Source: a virus. From it: 64,000 bases of DNA. The stretch is from the IMG/VR virus record IMGVR_UViG_3300031418_000005, positions 64,001 to 128,000 of that record; one strand, written 5' to 3'. A program made the translations under genes and the position numbers. The notes under the pieces were generated by a model that was given only the letters and a program-made list of their open reading frames with translations, was not told the origin of the DNA and did not search any database. Shown here in pieces: positions 19,923 to 29,165 of this stretch (the stretch's first letter is position 1; each line of letters begins with the position of its first letter).

Positions 19923-20759
19923 TTAGCGGGAGCAGCGACGTAAGAATTCCATCACATGCGGTTCATTCATTAAGCGCAAGCAACTGTGAATCCTGTCCAT
20001 GGTGGTATCCTGACGCCAGTGGTATTTCTCCGCTGTTTTCAGTAACACACCCCGGACTTTACGGTCTAACGGAGCGAACATATACGCATCACCAAAGATA
20101 GTTAAAAACGCTTTGTTGAACGGTATCTGCTCGGGTTTGTTGTTCAGCTTGGTGTACCATTCCAGTTGGGTCTTCACCTTTCCGGTATGGGACTCTAACA
20201 AGCCTAACTTTGGAAAATCAGTACGCGCCAACAGGTCTGCTGGCAGATGGGTTAACATCAGTGTGTCTTGCTTACCGTCTGGAAAGACATCAAACTTACG
20301 GTAAGCTTCGGGCCACTTCTCATCGAACAGTTTCAGCGTGTCATGCTCCAGTGCATTATAGTGGAGCATGGTCGGCGTCATCTTGTTTTCACCGCTGGCA
20401 ATAGAACGGAATGAAGCTTCCGGGAACACTTTGTTCACGCTTTTATACGTGCACATGTACGGCACACATAACACCGAAGGGGCTACCGCTTGCGCGGTAG
20501 CCATGATATTTGTAATATCTTCTTCAATCGATGTCAGTAAGACGTCAGCTGTTAATCGTTCACGGTTCTCTTCAAACGCGTAAAATGCGTTACGGAACAA
20601 GGTCCGGAGATTCAGGAAAATTTCCTGATAGTCATGGATGGGCAGTTCGCCTTTCCAGTCGGCATATTCGCCGCTATGAAGTAGCCCTTCAAACGCCAGT
20701 GAAGTGGCGATGGACATCTGATAAAACCCAAATTTGCGGTCTACGCTAATCGGGGTCAT
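19923..20759 (-). CDS. Conserved core protein, possible PIN/5'-nuclease-like fold
   Basis: Contains NLRTLFRN, LLESHTG and IFGD motifs. Translationally coupled to SbcD. The fold is inferred. Confidence 0.5.
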   Translation of the reverse strand: MTPISVDRKFGFYQMSIATSLAFEGLLHSGEYADWKGELPIHDYQEIFLNLRTLFRNAFYAFEENRERLTADVLLTSIEEDITNIMATAQAVAPSVLCVPYMCTYKSVNKVFPEASFRSIASGENKMTPTMLHYNALEHDTLKLFDEKWPEAYRKFDVFPDGKQDTLMLTHLPADLLARTDFPKLGLLESHTGKVKTQLEWYTKLNNKPEQIPFNKAFLTIFGDAYMFAPLDRKVRGVLLKTAEKYHWRQDTTMDRIHSCLRLMNEPHVMEFLRRCSR

Positions 20760-21907
20760 GCAACGCTCCTGATAATGCTGGTGACAATAGCAGCATCGTA
20801 TTTAAACGGTGCCAACTCTTCCAACATGATACGCTCGACGTTGTCTTGCGTAATAATCTCATCGACAGGTGCATCGATAGAGAAGCCTTGTACCAACAAC
20901 TCCTCCTCTTCGGAGGTTCGTACCCGTTCCCCAGATACGTGGAACGAATATTCTTTTTTCCACTGATTCACATGCTCGGCCAGTGGAGAACCGGGGTAAT
21001 ACTCGACTTCGAACCGACCGATACAAGCGGACGGATGGGAATCGATATACTCTAACGCAGAGAGACATTCGGCGTATTGCGCTTCGTAGTCTTCCTGTGC
21101 CCGCACTTTACGCTGAGGGCAAGCGCGCGGATTGACCAAGAAATAATCTCGTGCAATCTCAGGGGTGAAATCGACAATGGCAAAACCCTTGTCTTCTTCT
21201 TCACCTTGTGACAACCGCTCAGGGCTGCCGGTGACACGAATCTTTCCCTTCTGTTTACGTCTATGGTCGTGGTGAATGATTATCAAATGCTCGACTCTCG
21301 ATTCCCAAAACTCTTCGTTAAACGAACGGGGCGACTCTATCGGGAGTTGGAACTGGAAACAACCGTGCATGAAGAAGAAACCTACTTTCTCCAGACCGCG
21401 TGTTGCCATCAACTCTGCCATTTCCGCCTCGGTGGATTTGGCATTGATTTCAGGTGCGCCGTTGGCCTTGTACTCATCCTGCACCCAACCGACATACGTT
21501 TCCAGTGCGCTATCGTAAAAGACGCCAATCTTCTCGAGATACAGACAATCGGCACCAATGGTTGCATTGAGTGACTCGACGATCTTCGATTGATTGTGAT
21601 CGTGTGACGGCGTACCTTCCACAACACGGACAGCCGTGTTTGTCTCTTTTGCCCAGTTGAGCAACCAGGTCAGAAAGCCCACTGCTTCATGGGAGTCCTC
21701 TTGGCGCAACTGTCGGGAATCATCAAATAAATCCCCGGCTATATAAAGGGCATCAATCGTATTTCCACATGCCAACAGTGCCTCTTTAAACACCATGACA
21801 ATGTGCCAGGTTGGCACCCGCTTATGCAGCAGGTGCACATCCCCGGTACTGAAGATTCGCTTCACCCCCACAGGTTTGTGTGGAGGATTAGTAATCGTCA
21901 TCACCAT
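20756..21907 (-). CDS. sbcD: SbcD/Mre11-like metallophosphoesterase nuclease
   Basis: GDVH, AGDLFD, GTPSHD, MHG and HHDH motifs. Start trimmed to MVMTITNPP. Confidence 0.85.
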   Translation of the reverse strand: MVMTITNPPHKPVGVKRIFSTGDVHLLHKRVPTWHIVMVFKEALLACGNTIDALYIAGDLFDDSRQLRQEDSHEAVGFLTWLLNWAKETNTAVRVVEGTPSHDHNQSKIVESLNATIGADCLYLEKIGVFYDSALETYVGWVQDEYKANGAPEINAKSTEAEMAELMATRGLEKVGFFFMHGCFQFQLPIESPRSFNEEFWESRVEHLIIIHHDHRRKQKGKIRVTGSPERLSQGEEEDKGFAIVDFTPEIARDYFLVNPRACPQRKVRAQEDYEAQYAECLSALEYIDSHPSACIGRFEVEYYPGSPLAEHVNQWKKEYSFHVSGERVRTSEEEELLVQGFSIDAPVDEIITQDNVERIMLEELAPFKYDAAIVTSIIRSVA

Positions 21908-22601
21908 CGCCGATACCGCCCGCTTTAACTTGTGGCTGTGGCTGCGCTTGTGCTTTACCTTGCTGGTTTGGCACAACTGAGGTTTGTGTGGTTGCCTGTG
22001 CTCCGGCAACGCCACGCTTCTCAGCATACGCGACCACGTCCAGTAAACCTTCCGGGTATTCTAACTGCCCCCCGACCTGATAACGGCGGAAGACCCAGTT
22101 AATGAGATCGATTTTGTACTTGGCGGCAATCGCATTTTCCAGATACGACAACTGCTCAATCCCTTCCAGGGTTTGGTCAATCATCTGGTGCATTTGCTGC
22201 TCACCGACTTCGGAGAGAATATCAGCCTGTAAACGGATGTTCTCCGTCTCTTCGGTTAAGCTGACCTGCCCTTCAACGTGCTGGAGAGAACGCCCGGTAT
22301 TCATCAGTGGCGGGATCGTAAACAGCAGTTTGGAGTGATCCATGTCTGATACGATTTGCAGGGGCACGAACGCATTACCGACGTAGCTTTCCCAGGCCGC
22401 ATCATTAAACGACCCATCCAGCATCCCGGTCAGCAGCGGCAAGCCTTGGCGACGGAACATGGCTTCGGTAAACGTACTGCACACATTCTGACCGCCCAGC
22501 AACTCCTGCTCGTAATCAACCAGCTTCTCGTATTCAAACTTCATCTTCCCATCTAAACGGTCGATGGGTACCCCGTTAAACTCACCCGGCTTATGGCTCA
22601 T
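21888..22601 (-). CDS. Conserved hypothetical protein
   Basis: 237-aa ORF with overlapping start/stop junctions on both sides. Confidence 0.6.
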   Translation of the reverse strand: MSHKPGEFNGVPIDRLDGKMKFEYEKLVDYEQELLGGQNVCSTFTEAMFRRQGLPLLTGMLDGSFNDAAWESYVGNAFVPLQIVSDMDHSKLLFTIPPLMNTGRSLQHVEGQVSLTEETENIRLQADILSEVGEQQMHQMIDQTLEGIEQLSYLENAIAAKYKIDLINWVFRRYQVGGQLEYPEGLLDVVAYAEKRGVAGAQATTQTSVVPNQQGKAQAQPQPQVKAGGIGDGDDDY

Positions 22602-22984
22602 GATTCGTCCTCTACTGTACTACTTTCTGTTTCCACATAGCGAATCGCATCAATCCACTCTCCGTTCTTCATGACACGCAAAGAGATGGTAATGCGATAA
22701 CGCACATCCGAATCCTGGAGATACTCCCAGGTCGTTTCTACCTCGACACCTTCCGGGAACACATTCCCGTACAGGTTCTCCAGGTCGGATTTAATTCGGT
22801 TGGCCAACCCCTCGGGATCTTGTGAAAAGATTTGTTGCGCTTTTGCTAAGGATTTCACGTTGCCCTGATAAATCTGCGACTGGCTAAAACCGGCCTCAGT
22901 GTAATGATTCATCAGTTCTCGGATCTGTTCCTTTGCTGTGCGCGCCCACCCACGGGTTGAAACGGTACCAACAGCTATCGGCAT
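22598..22984 (-). CDS. Conserved hypothetical protein (possibly gp25/GPW-like fold)
   Basis: Start MPIAVG with a GAGG SD after a terminator. Confidence 0.55.
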   Translation of the reverse strand: MPIAVGTVSTRGWARTAKEQIRELMNHYTEAGFSQSQIYQGNVKSLAKAQQIFSQDPEGLANRIKSDLENLYGNVFPEGVEVETTWEYLQDSDVRYRITISLRVMKNGEWIDAIRYVETESSTVEDES

Positions 22985-23001
22985 CTTCTCTTCCTCTTTA
23001 G

Positions 23002-23029
23002 AAAAAAAGAAGAGGCCGAAGCCCCTTCC
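23002..23029 (-). terminator. Intrinsic terminator
   Basis: GGC-TTCG-GCC-cored hairpin followed by a T-tract. Confidence 0.65.
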
Positions 23030-23033
23030 TTTC

Positions 23034-23624
23034 TTAGCACGTTGCGCCGAGTTCCGAACAGGGATCACCATCTTCCCAGTCGAAGTCCCGCATACGTGTC
23101 CAGTTGATTTGCATTTCCACCTTCTGAATACTCGTAAGACGGTTTGCACGATTTTCATTGGACGCCCAAATCCAAATCTTCTCGTCGTCGTACTGCGTAC
23201 TCATCCCGGATGTCACTTCACGATAGTTGTCGTCGGTGTGCATATACGCATTACCGCGGAACGCATCGATTTGTGAATATCCGTTCTCATAACCAGTGGC
23301 CATCTTCTCGTTATACAGCTTACGATACTCTGGCATGGCTACGAGGAAAGGCTGCAATGCCTCGTTGGCGAACTGGAAATCACCCAGCTCATCGAGCTGT
23401 CGCACCACGTCGGTCACGTCATTATAACGTAACTTACGTGCGGCACTAAACGTCTCACGCCAACGCTCCAGCGAGATAAGCTCACTGGTATGTTTCTTGA
23501 CGCTGTCGAGCATATCGGAGGCGATTCCGTCGAGCGTAAATTGCTCTTTGAATGTATCGAACATCCCAGAACCTTCCGACTGTCTGCCCCAGACGGTACT
23601 GCCTTGCAACCACATGCCTGCCAT
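23034..23624 (-). CDS. Conserved chimallivirus protein downstream of nvRNAP beta-prime N (possibly phiKZ gp59-like)
   Basis: 196 aa with an AGGAG SD. Assignment by synteny only. Confidence 0.5.
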   Translation of the reverse strand: MAGMWLQGSTVWGRQSEGSGMFDTFKEQFTLDGIASDMLDSVKKHTSELISLERWRETFSAARKLRYNDVTDVVRQLDELGDFQFANEALQPFLVAMPEYRKLYNEKMATGYENGYSQIDAFRGNAYMHTDDNYREVTSGMSTQYDDEKIWIWASNENRANRLTSIQKVEMQINWTRMRDFDWEDGDPCSELGATC

Positions 23625-23627
23625 TCA

Positions 23628-25229
23628 TTACTCCTGTGCAAGAATCTCTTCTAACGGCAGCCCCATTACATCATCCTCATCTGCTTCCATGAGGAACTGG
23701 TTCTGCATACTGATAAGCTCGTTATGTAAAATCATGCCATGTTCGACACGATCCACATCGGTACTGGACATAAAGCCATTGTCTGGACGGTATGCCAGGG
23801 CCAGCTCCATTTCACGCTGGTCAACCGGACGACGTACCTGGAATTGGTCGCCATCGAAGTCACCGTTCGCCATCTTAATAACACGGTCAGAGATACGCAG
23901 AGAACACTGGTTCACATCGGTGACAATCTCATCGATGTACAACGTCTGTACGGACAACTGTACCAACGTTGGGTTACGCAGTGGCTCAACCATAATCCCC
24001 AAGCCGCCAGGCGATTCGGCTATCAGCTCTTTGAAGATTTCGTGGACCAGTGGGATATACTGCATACACGCTTTCGCGACGATGCGTTCGCACTGGCGAG
24101 GACTGTACCCCCGGCGTAGCAACTTGTTCTCGATATCGACGGCCATCAGACCCACCGACCAACGCCATGGTGCTTTGAGTTTCCAGGCATCGTGTGGTTC
24201 CGAGATCGGAGAAATCGTTGCACGGCCACCGAATGGAATATAGGTTGAACCTATCTTCGCACGGTAGTGACCAGGTTTGCCTTCCATCGACTCACGGCGA
24301 TAATCGATGTAGAAGTACGCCAACTGACGGTTTGCCTTAATCGCTTTACTCACCAAGAAGCGAGGTTCCAGCGACTTACTGCGAGTATACAACAGCGCAA
24401 TATTTTTCACCGCATCAATAGCGCCGGTAAATACCGGATCTATCATGACCCCACGTCGCCCTTCCTCCGTCACAATCAGCTTCGGAGAGATAAGTGGCAA
24501 ATGCGTTGGGAACATTGCGTGCGCTTGTGTTTCAAACATTGTCTTCCACTGCATCCGCTGCAATTCACTGTCGCGTGCATTGTGTCGGGTTGGTGGATAG
24601 ATTTCACGCCATGCTTCACTGCTGGTTAAGATGGCGAAGATTGTTTTGTGGTGGTCGACGAAGTTCCGTAATCCACGCTCGAAGCGATGTTCTTCTAAGA
24701 TGCGTTTCACCACATGGGCACGTTTCCCGTCAGGTTCGTCCGGACGATAATAGGGATCGATCATCCACATCATCAAATCCGACCCACGTTCTACCGTGAC
24801 CTTGTTGCGGTCGAACTTCTTAAACTTGCTGCCAAAGAAGGCGTTAAACAAACTCCAGAAACGCGGGTTAATGAAATTGCCCATCTCTTCTGGTGCACGA
24901 ATCCAGACTTCAGACTCAATGCGATGCTCCGTCACTACGTAGCCACAGGTTGGACACTTACGTCCCAGGTTGGGGCGGTGTGCAATCGGTTTCTCGCAGG
25001 TCAGGCTACAGATGGGTGCCGAATTCAGTTCCTCATCAACAATGCGGTTCTGAATTATCTGATCGATAAGCTCGGCTGTTTCAATTGCATCTCCGTTCTC
25101 GGCAACGTCGTTAATAACGGTTGGCGGTTTAATGCCTTTTGCAGCAGCCTCAATATAGAGGTCACGCAAATACCCGTCATGGTTAATCAATCGGCCTGAT
25201 ACGCCGTAATACTTCGGTGCCCTTTCCAC
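23628..25229 (-). CDS. Non-virion RNA polymerase beta-prime N-terminal (catalytic) subunit (phiKZ gp55-56.1-like)
   Basis: N-terminal Zn finger (CSLTC...CPTC), GRATISP, RNPTL and the catalytic NGDFDGD. Confidence 0.9.
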   Translation of the reverse strand: MERAPKYYGVSGRLINHDGYLRDLYIEAAAKGIKPPTVINDVAENGDAIETAELIDQIIQNRIVDEELNSAPICSLTCEKPIAHRPNLGRKCPTCGYVVTEHRIESEVWIRAPEEMGNFINPRFWSLFNAFFGSKFKKFDRNKVTVERGSDLMMWMIDPYYRPDEPDGKRAHVVKRILEEHRFERGLRNFVDHHKTIFAILTSSEAWREIYPPTRHNARDSELQRMQWKTMFETQAHAMFPTHLPLISPKLIVTEEGRRGVMIDPVFTGAIDAVKNIALLYTRSKSLEPRFLVSKAIKANRQLAYFYIDYRRESMEGKPGHYRAKIGSTYIPFGGRATISPISEPHDAWKLKAPWRWSVGLMAVDIENKLLRRGYSPRQCERIVAKACMQYIPLVHEIFKELIAESPGGLGIMVEPLRNPTLVQLSVQTLYIDEIVTDVNQCSLRISDRVIKMANGDFDGDQFQVRRPVDQREMELALAYRPDNGFMSSTDVDRVEHGMILHNELISMQNQFLMEADEDDVMGLPLEEILAQE

Positions 25230-25243
25230 GCTGCAACCTCAAC

Positions 25244-25284
25244 AAAAAAAGAGAGAAGGGACAGGAGCGTTAGCCCCTGTCCCT
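25244..25284 (-). terminator. Intrinsic terminator after chimallin
   Basis: AGGGACAGG...CCTGTCCCT hairpin followed by a T-rich tract. Confidence 0.75.
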
Positions 25285-25316
25285 ACCTAACTTACTACAA
25301 CCTGCCTAACCCAGCC

Positions 25317-27173
25317 TTACAGGCCCAGGTCGAGGCTACCGATTGACACACCCAGAGAGTAGTCAGAACCCTGCGCGCTGCTACCAGTTCCAGACAGGGT
25401 GAAGTTCTCACCGCCGTTGTTGAAGAACAGGGAGTTAGCGATGCTGTTGTGCGCAGATACGCCAGTCAGCTGCCAGTTGCAGTTCTCACGTACGAAGTCC
25501 AGCACGCATTTACCGAAGATCGGGTTCAGAGCCATATCCAGAGATTCGCCGGTAGTGCGCGCATCTTTAGCACCGAACAGAACCGCTGCCAGTTTCAGCA
25601 TGTAGATACGCTGAGCACGGGCGTTCAGTTCACGGTGGGAGTAGGACTGAGCGTGCAGGTAGGTGTACACATCAGTTTGGTTGTCGCCGAACTTCGTCAG
25701 TACCGACACCAGGTCCATATCCTGGAAGCTGCGTTTCTGAGCGTTGCCGGTGTAAACACCAGATACGTTCGGTACGGCCGCTTTCACGATGTCAGAGCAG
25801 GTGATGGTGTCTTTGCCCAGTGCAGTAGCAAAGCGCTGAGTGAAGTTCTTCACGCCAGTGTTGCCGACCAGCTCGTCGTTGTTCTTTTTGGCTTTCGGGG
25901 TCATGCCATTCAGAATGGTGAGGAGCTGTTTCAGTGCGATGTCGGAACCGTTGGCAATTTCAGACAGGATGGTGCTCAGGCCGCCGATACCGTTACCGGC
26001 ACGATGGCTGACAACCAGCGCTGCTTCACGCGGTGCGAACATATCCAGGCAACCTTCAATAGCTTCGCGACTATTGTCGATTTTGGAGATGTCCGGACGT
26101 GCATCGGTACCCCAGTTCAGGTACTCAACAACACGAGACCATTTACGGTCAGATTTGTTCAGACCCTTCATGAACAGTTCGCGCCAGCCGCCGATAGAGG
26201 CGATTTCTGCGAAGGCTGCCAGCTCCAGTACCTGACGTTCCATCGGAACGCGAGAACCTTCTGCCTGAGAGTCCATCAGCGACACGACGATTTCCGCCTG
26301 CAGCTGTTTCAGATCGACCACGCCGTTGACCGCAGGTTTCTGACCGGTGAAACGCATGTTGACATAGCCAACACCGTGAACACGCGGATAGACCTGAGCC
26401 TGGCTGTTGTCCATCAGGGTCGGGGTAGCGTTATCGCTGGTAGCCGGAACGTGTTCCAGCGTCACACCGAAGTCAGCACGCTGCGCATGGCCGTTACCGT
26501 CCAGCACAGAGCCGTCGTCCAGCTGGAAGACCTGCGCGGTGAAGCGATCAGATTTGCTCAGCTGCATCTGGCCCAGGAAGCCCTGGATACGACCGAAGAT
26601 GCCCAGCGCCAGTTGGCCGGTCAGCTGCTGTGCCCACTCTTTGGTCAGCTGCTTACCGAGATCCGGTACGGAGTTGACGGACATGAAGTGCGCGTTCGGC
26701 AGCTGGTGCGTACCCTGGATAGTTTTGGATACAGTTTTCAGGAACTCAGTATCCAGCAGCTCAGTGATGGTGTAGTAGGATTCTGCACCGTTCACAGATT
26801 CTTTCAGACGCAGAGACTGACCGCGTTCGAAGAACAGGATACCGTAGAGCCAGTGGCCGTTGTAGTCGCCAGCGATATACGCTGCGGAACCCATCTCGGC
26901 ACCGACGCCTTCTACGATGCCCCATTTGAAGCCGCGCAGGTAAGGGTTTTCTTTCGCCAGTTCTTCGAGCTGTGCGATATAGGCGGAAGCGTAAGAGTTA
27001 GTGCTCTGCCAGCCAAAGGCACGGTCGAAGGTACCGACGTTGCCCAGAGAGCTAACAGCAGTGGCTGCAGAAGAAGTCTGCTGAGAACCACCCAGAGGTG
27101 CCGTGTTCACAGTTTCCTGAGAAGCGGTGTTGTTCTGAGATGCGTTCTGGTTGTTGTCTACTACTTTTACCAT
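25317..27173 (-). CDS. chmA: Chimallin, the major phage nuclear shell protein
   Basis: 618 aa with strongly biased codon usage and disordered termini. Sits between PolB and nvRNAP beta-prime N, as phiKZ gp54 does, with two early-promoter motifs upstream. Confidence 0.75.
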   Translation of the reverse strand: MVKVVDNNQNASQNNTASQETVNTAPLGGSQQTSSAATAVSSLGNVGTFDRAFGWQSTNSYASAYIAQLEELAKENPYLRGFKWGIVEGVGAEMGSAAYIAGDYNGHWLYGILFFERGQSLRLKESVNGAESYYTITELLDTEFLKTVSKTIQGTHQLPNAHFMSVNSVPDLGKQLTKEWAQQLTGQLALGIFGRIQGFLGQMQLSKSDRFTAQVFQLDDGSVLDGNGHAQRADFGVTLEHVPATSDNATPTLMDNSQAQVYPRVHGVGYVNMRFTGQKPAVNGVVDLKQLQAEIVVSLMDSQAEGSRVPMERQVLELAAFAEIASIGGWRELFMKGLNKSDRKWSRVVEYLNWGTDARPDISKIDNSREAIEGCLDMFAPREAALVVSHRAGNGIGGLSTILSEIANGSDIALKQLLTILNGMTPKAKKNNDELVGNTGVKNFTQRFATALGKDTITCSDIVKAAVPNVSGVYTGNAQKRSFQDMDLVSVLTKFGDNQTDVYTYLHAQSYSHRELNARAQRIYMLKLAAVLFGAKDARTTGESLDMALNPIFGKCVLDFVRENCNWQLTGVSAHNSIANSLFFNNGGENFTLSGTGSSAQGSDYSLGVSIGSLDLGL

Positions 27174-27223
27174 GGTAAATATTCCTTAAGTGGTTTTATA
27201 TCAATCGTAGTGAAGTTCACAGT

Positions 27224-27327
27224 AATAATATCTGCCTGAGAATTTATGGGATACAAGTAAGCCGTCGCTTATTGCGAATCACATATACCACGCAAATGTC
27301 CGGAACTCTCACTATGATAATATCAAT
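27224..27327 (-). promoter_or_regulatory. Two tandem early-promoter-like motifs upstream of chimallin
   Basis: AATAATATCTGC at 27224 and GATAATATCAAT at 27316 (plus-strand text). Confidence 0.55.
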
Positions 27328-27380
27328 CTGTAATTTTTTTGACTGTGACCAGTTCCTATGTGGAACCAAAGGAGCCCGTC

Positions 27381-28442
27381 ATGTTCAGTCAAGCCGAGTT
27401 AAACCAAGTGGCCATAAAGGGTCACGTCGCGGACCCCTCCGCTATACAATTGGTTGCTGCCGTAAAAAATAATCAGCAGCGCATTCGTAACTATCTCGAA
27501 TCGGTGCAGACGCGTGTGGAATCCGGTCACCTCATCTTGAAAATCCTATCCAGTATCGGCTATGCAGCCGACCCGGACTACCTCGATATCGAATGGGCCT
27601 GCCGTCGCAAGCTTTCCGATATTGGTAATGCGCTACGTTTAATCTCGCCCGGCAACTTTGGGCAAGTGTACAACGGTGCCTTTATTGAGGGACAAGATGA
27701 GTTGATCTCACTCGTCGCTCGCCCGGTAGATCCGGATCTGCCATTTCGTGATTACACCCCCGCCGTTTACCTCTACCACGAGTATACCAATCTGAACTGG
27801 CAGTTTGGTGATAACCGTCCTCGGGGTGTGGCAATCATTGAAATTAACCTGGTCGCCTTACTCTGGCAATATGTTCTTGCAGAACAACATTACCGGAAGT
27901 CAACAGAACAGATGACCAGCGTGGTTTATGCTCAGCGTCATGTGATTACCCGCATGTTACCGAGCTATATGGACATCGCATTTCTGAATGTCCATCGGGC
28001 AGTCGCGTTTGACCAAGAGATGGAAGATGACCTGCCGATGCGCGTTATCAATGTTCCGCCGTTACACGACCTCGCGGTACGGCACGCACGGAACATTCGC
28101 AAAAGTCTTCTCGCGGGAACACCACACCCCGGTGCGGTATTAGCCCACGTACCCCAATTCTTCGAAGACCCTGCAAATCCTTCTACAGCAGTTGACCGTG
28201 TGCAGCACCATTACTCCGGTGCAACAACACAGGCCAGCTGGCACCAGAACATCATTAACTGGTACTGGGCGTTGTTCGCGTTGCAATACAACAACCCGAG
28301 CATGGACAAGTTCAAATCGAACCTGAACATCGACATCGCCCGCTTTGAGGATTCTAAGGTGCTCCAACGTCAAACCCGGTCACTGCAAACGTATCTGCAA
28401 CTGAACCTGATTAAGCCGTTGTACGCAGCCCTCGAAAATTGA
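27381..28442 (+). CDS. Conserved hypothetical/virion protein (phiKZ gp52-like position)
   Basis: Start MFSQAEL with an AAGGAG SD. Divergent from chimallin. Confidence 0.6.
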   Translation: MFSQAELNQVAIKGHVADPSAIQLVAAVKNNQQRIRNYLESVQTRVESGHLILKILSSIGYAADPDYLDIEWACRRKLSDIGNALRLISPGNFGQVYNGAFIEGQDELISLVARPVDPDLPFRDYTPAVYLYHEYTNLNWQFGDNRPRGVAIIEINLVALLWQYVLAEQHYRKSTEQMTSVVYAQRHVITRMLPSYMDIAFLNVHRAVAFDQEMEDDLPMRVINVPPLHDLAVRHARNIRKSLLAGTPHPGAVLAHVPQFFEDPANPSTAVDRVQHHYSGATTQASWHQNIINWYWALFALQYNNPSMDKFKSNLNIDIARFEDSKVLQRQTRSLQTYLQLNLIKPLYAALEN

Positions 28443-28494
28443 CACTTACCCTCTCCCAGCAAAGATTCTTTCGAATCTCCCATATAATAGGTAA

Positions 28495-28536
28495 ATAACT
28501 CTACACTTCGGTGTAGGGTTATCCCTTTCTTTTTTT
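28495..28536 (+). terminator. Intrinsic terminator
   Basis: ATAACTCTACAC-TTCG-GTGTAGGGTTAT followed by a T-tract. Confidence 0.75.
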
Positions 28537-28980
28537 CGCCTGATAGAACTGCACGCCGAGATCTTTACAAATACTCGCGATGTTCTCATCGGTGAAACGG
28601 TGTAGCCGTGTCCGCCCCTGCTTATCCATGACAATAAAGTCCATGTCGATGATAGTGTTCGGGCCATGCACTTCCACACCCACATACCCGTCATGCAGGC
28701 GGAACTGATTCCGTGTCCAGGGGAGGACGTTTAGCATTTCGACGATAGCCTGCTCTTTGGTGAAGTAGCAGTCATCGTATTCCGGAACATCGCCCTCATC
28801 CCTATCGAGCAGGGCGACGTAACGGTAGTCCATTTCTTTTAATAGCTGACGCCCCACCGGCGAGCTTGGATGGTAGGTAACAGTAACAGCTGTTCCTTTA
28901 CCACCTCGCTGTTCAATCACCATGCCGAGGGGAATCCGGTAGTCCGGAATATTCACGGACGGCTTCTCATCCTCTTTCAT
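28519..28980 (-). CDS. Hypothetical protein
   Basis: 153-aa ORF coupled to the upstream gene. Confidence 0.55.
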   Translation of the reverse strand: MKEDEKPSVNIPDYRIPLGMVIEQRGGKGTAVTVTYHPSSPVGRQLLKEMDYRYVALLDRDEGDVPEYDDCYFTKEQAIVEMLNVLPWTRNQFRLHDGYVGVEVHGPNTIIDMDFIVMDKQGRTRLHRFTDENIASICKDLGVQFYQAKKRKG

Positions 28981-29165
28981 TTATTCTCCTGTGCCAAGTA
29001 CGGCTGGCCGTAAACGCTTATCTGGCGTTTCTTCTTGGGATCGATAGCGGTGATGTGAATGAACTCACCGCCACGATGTAAAGTGATTTCCGTACAGTTC
29101 CGGTCTTCCAGGTCTTTACGGATTTCGTTTATCATTGCAGATGCGATAGCCGGATTACGGTACAT
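28977..29165 (-). CDS. Small hypothetical protein
   Basis: 62 aa with overlapping stop/start junctions at both ends. Confidence 0.55.
   Translation of the reverse strand: MYRNPAIASAMINEIRKDLEDRNCTEITLHRGGEFIHITAIDPKKKRQISVYGQPYLAQENK

Noticed and set aside
25449-27239. 596-aa plus-strand ORF antisense to chimallin
   Set aside because: Shadow ORF produced by the strong codon bias of a highly expressed gene. No SD or recognisable motifs.
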